Part shown: positions 62,973 through 64,000 of the stretch, piece after piece | How the letters are laid out: each line of letters begins with the position of its first letter | Numbering within the stretch: the stretch's first letter is position 1 | NCBI RefSeq assembly: GCF_001194135.2 | Contig: NC_068999.1 | Span: forward strand, 48,445,705-48,509,704 | Reading direction: 5' to 3' | DNA: 64,000 nucleotides | Source: Octopus bimaculoides | Taxonomy: Eukaryota | The notes under the pieces: model-generated | Database searches by the model: none | The model's input: the letters and a program-made list of their open reading frames with translations, nothing else | Told to the model about the DNA's origin: nothing | Translations under genes and position numbers: made by a program

Positions 62973-64000
62973 GTATTTATATTTCTGTGTATATATATGT
63001 TTGTGGCTAATCTATATAGTTTATATATATATATATGAATACATATATGATACACTCTTTTTGTATGATGATGGTATACATTATGGGATATATACACACA
63101 CAATATTTATCATAAATAATGATATTTTGTATGTTTTGTGGGGTTTTTTTCTGTTTATAATTTTTGACCAAAATACCATTTGTGCTTTGACTTCAATTAG
63201 GAGAAGGAAAAAAAAAAATAAACAATTCATTAAAACATAAAATCTGATGAGCAAAGTAAAATCACGGCAATTGCTTTTTATTTTGTTTTATGATAATGGC
63301 AAGTATTTAAACTCAAGTTGCTTTTATTCTTACATATCACTAACATATAAGCTATAAATTGTTTTTTGTTTTTTTTTTTACTTTTAGCTTAGAATCTCTG
63401 TAAGACAATCTTATAAAGTCAGTTTCGTATTTTAGCAGAAGGCCAGTAATTTCAGGGGAGGGGGATAAGTCGATTTCATCAATCCCAGTGTTCATGTGGT
63501 ATTTGCTTTATCAACTCCGAAAAGGATGAAAGGCAAAGTCGACATCGGCGGAATTTGAACTCAGAACATAAAGACAGATAATACACTGTTAAGCAATTCG
63601 CCCAGTGTGTTAATGATTCTGCCAGTTCGTCGCCTGAGACAATCATATAATATTCTTTCTACTATAGGCACAGATCCTGAAATTTTGTGGTGCGGGGGTG
63701 GGGGGTGGGGGGACTAGTCGATTACATTGACCCCTAGTGCTCAACTGATACTTATTTTATTGACCCCCGAAATTATGGAAGGCAAAACCAACACTGGCAG
63801 AATTTGAACACAGAATGTAAAGATGGACGAAATGCAGCTAAGCATTTTTCTTGGCACTCTGATGATTCTGCCAGCCTGCTGCCCCAGACAATGAAGAGAA
63901 AATTGGTTGAATTATTTGCCTTTAGTTCCTGTTAACCTATTTAAAACTTTTGCCAGTCCAAAGTATTTTCATAAGTTTGTCCTAAACGTCCACATTTGTT

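Noticed and set aside
13404-63103. Long ORFs containing X runs or YIYI/CVCV/THTH/SIYL repeats
   Set aside because: Artefacts of N-gaps and microsatellites. Only 13429-13684 is coding.

Overview
AT-rich, microsatellite- and SINE-dense eukaryotic DNA from a draft assembly with 9 N-gaps. The repeat repertoire points to a coleoid cephalopod, probably Octopus (inference). Three spliced genes were reconstructed by hand from GT-AG phases and protein motifs: ZC3H13/Flacc (+; 5' end before the window, stop 22973), USB1 (+, 7 exons, 27769-34469) and PACRG (-, 5 exons, 46557-35221). USB1 and PACRG converge tail-to-tail. Upstream of PACRG lie two intronless ORFs. One is a SARAF/TMEM66 paralog with a divergent tail (51766-52506). 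The other (54458-54949) shares only the SARAF signal-peptide and transmembrane segments and is the most unusual element here. Also present: a Gypsy integrase relic, a hAT-like transposase relic, several SINE/LINE-tail families and three strong hairpins. No rRNA, true tRNA or CRISPR array was seen.
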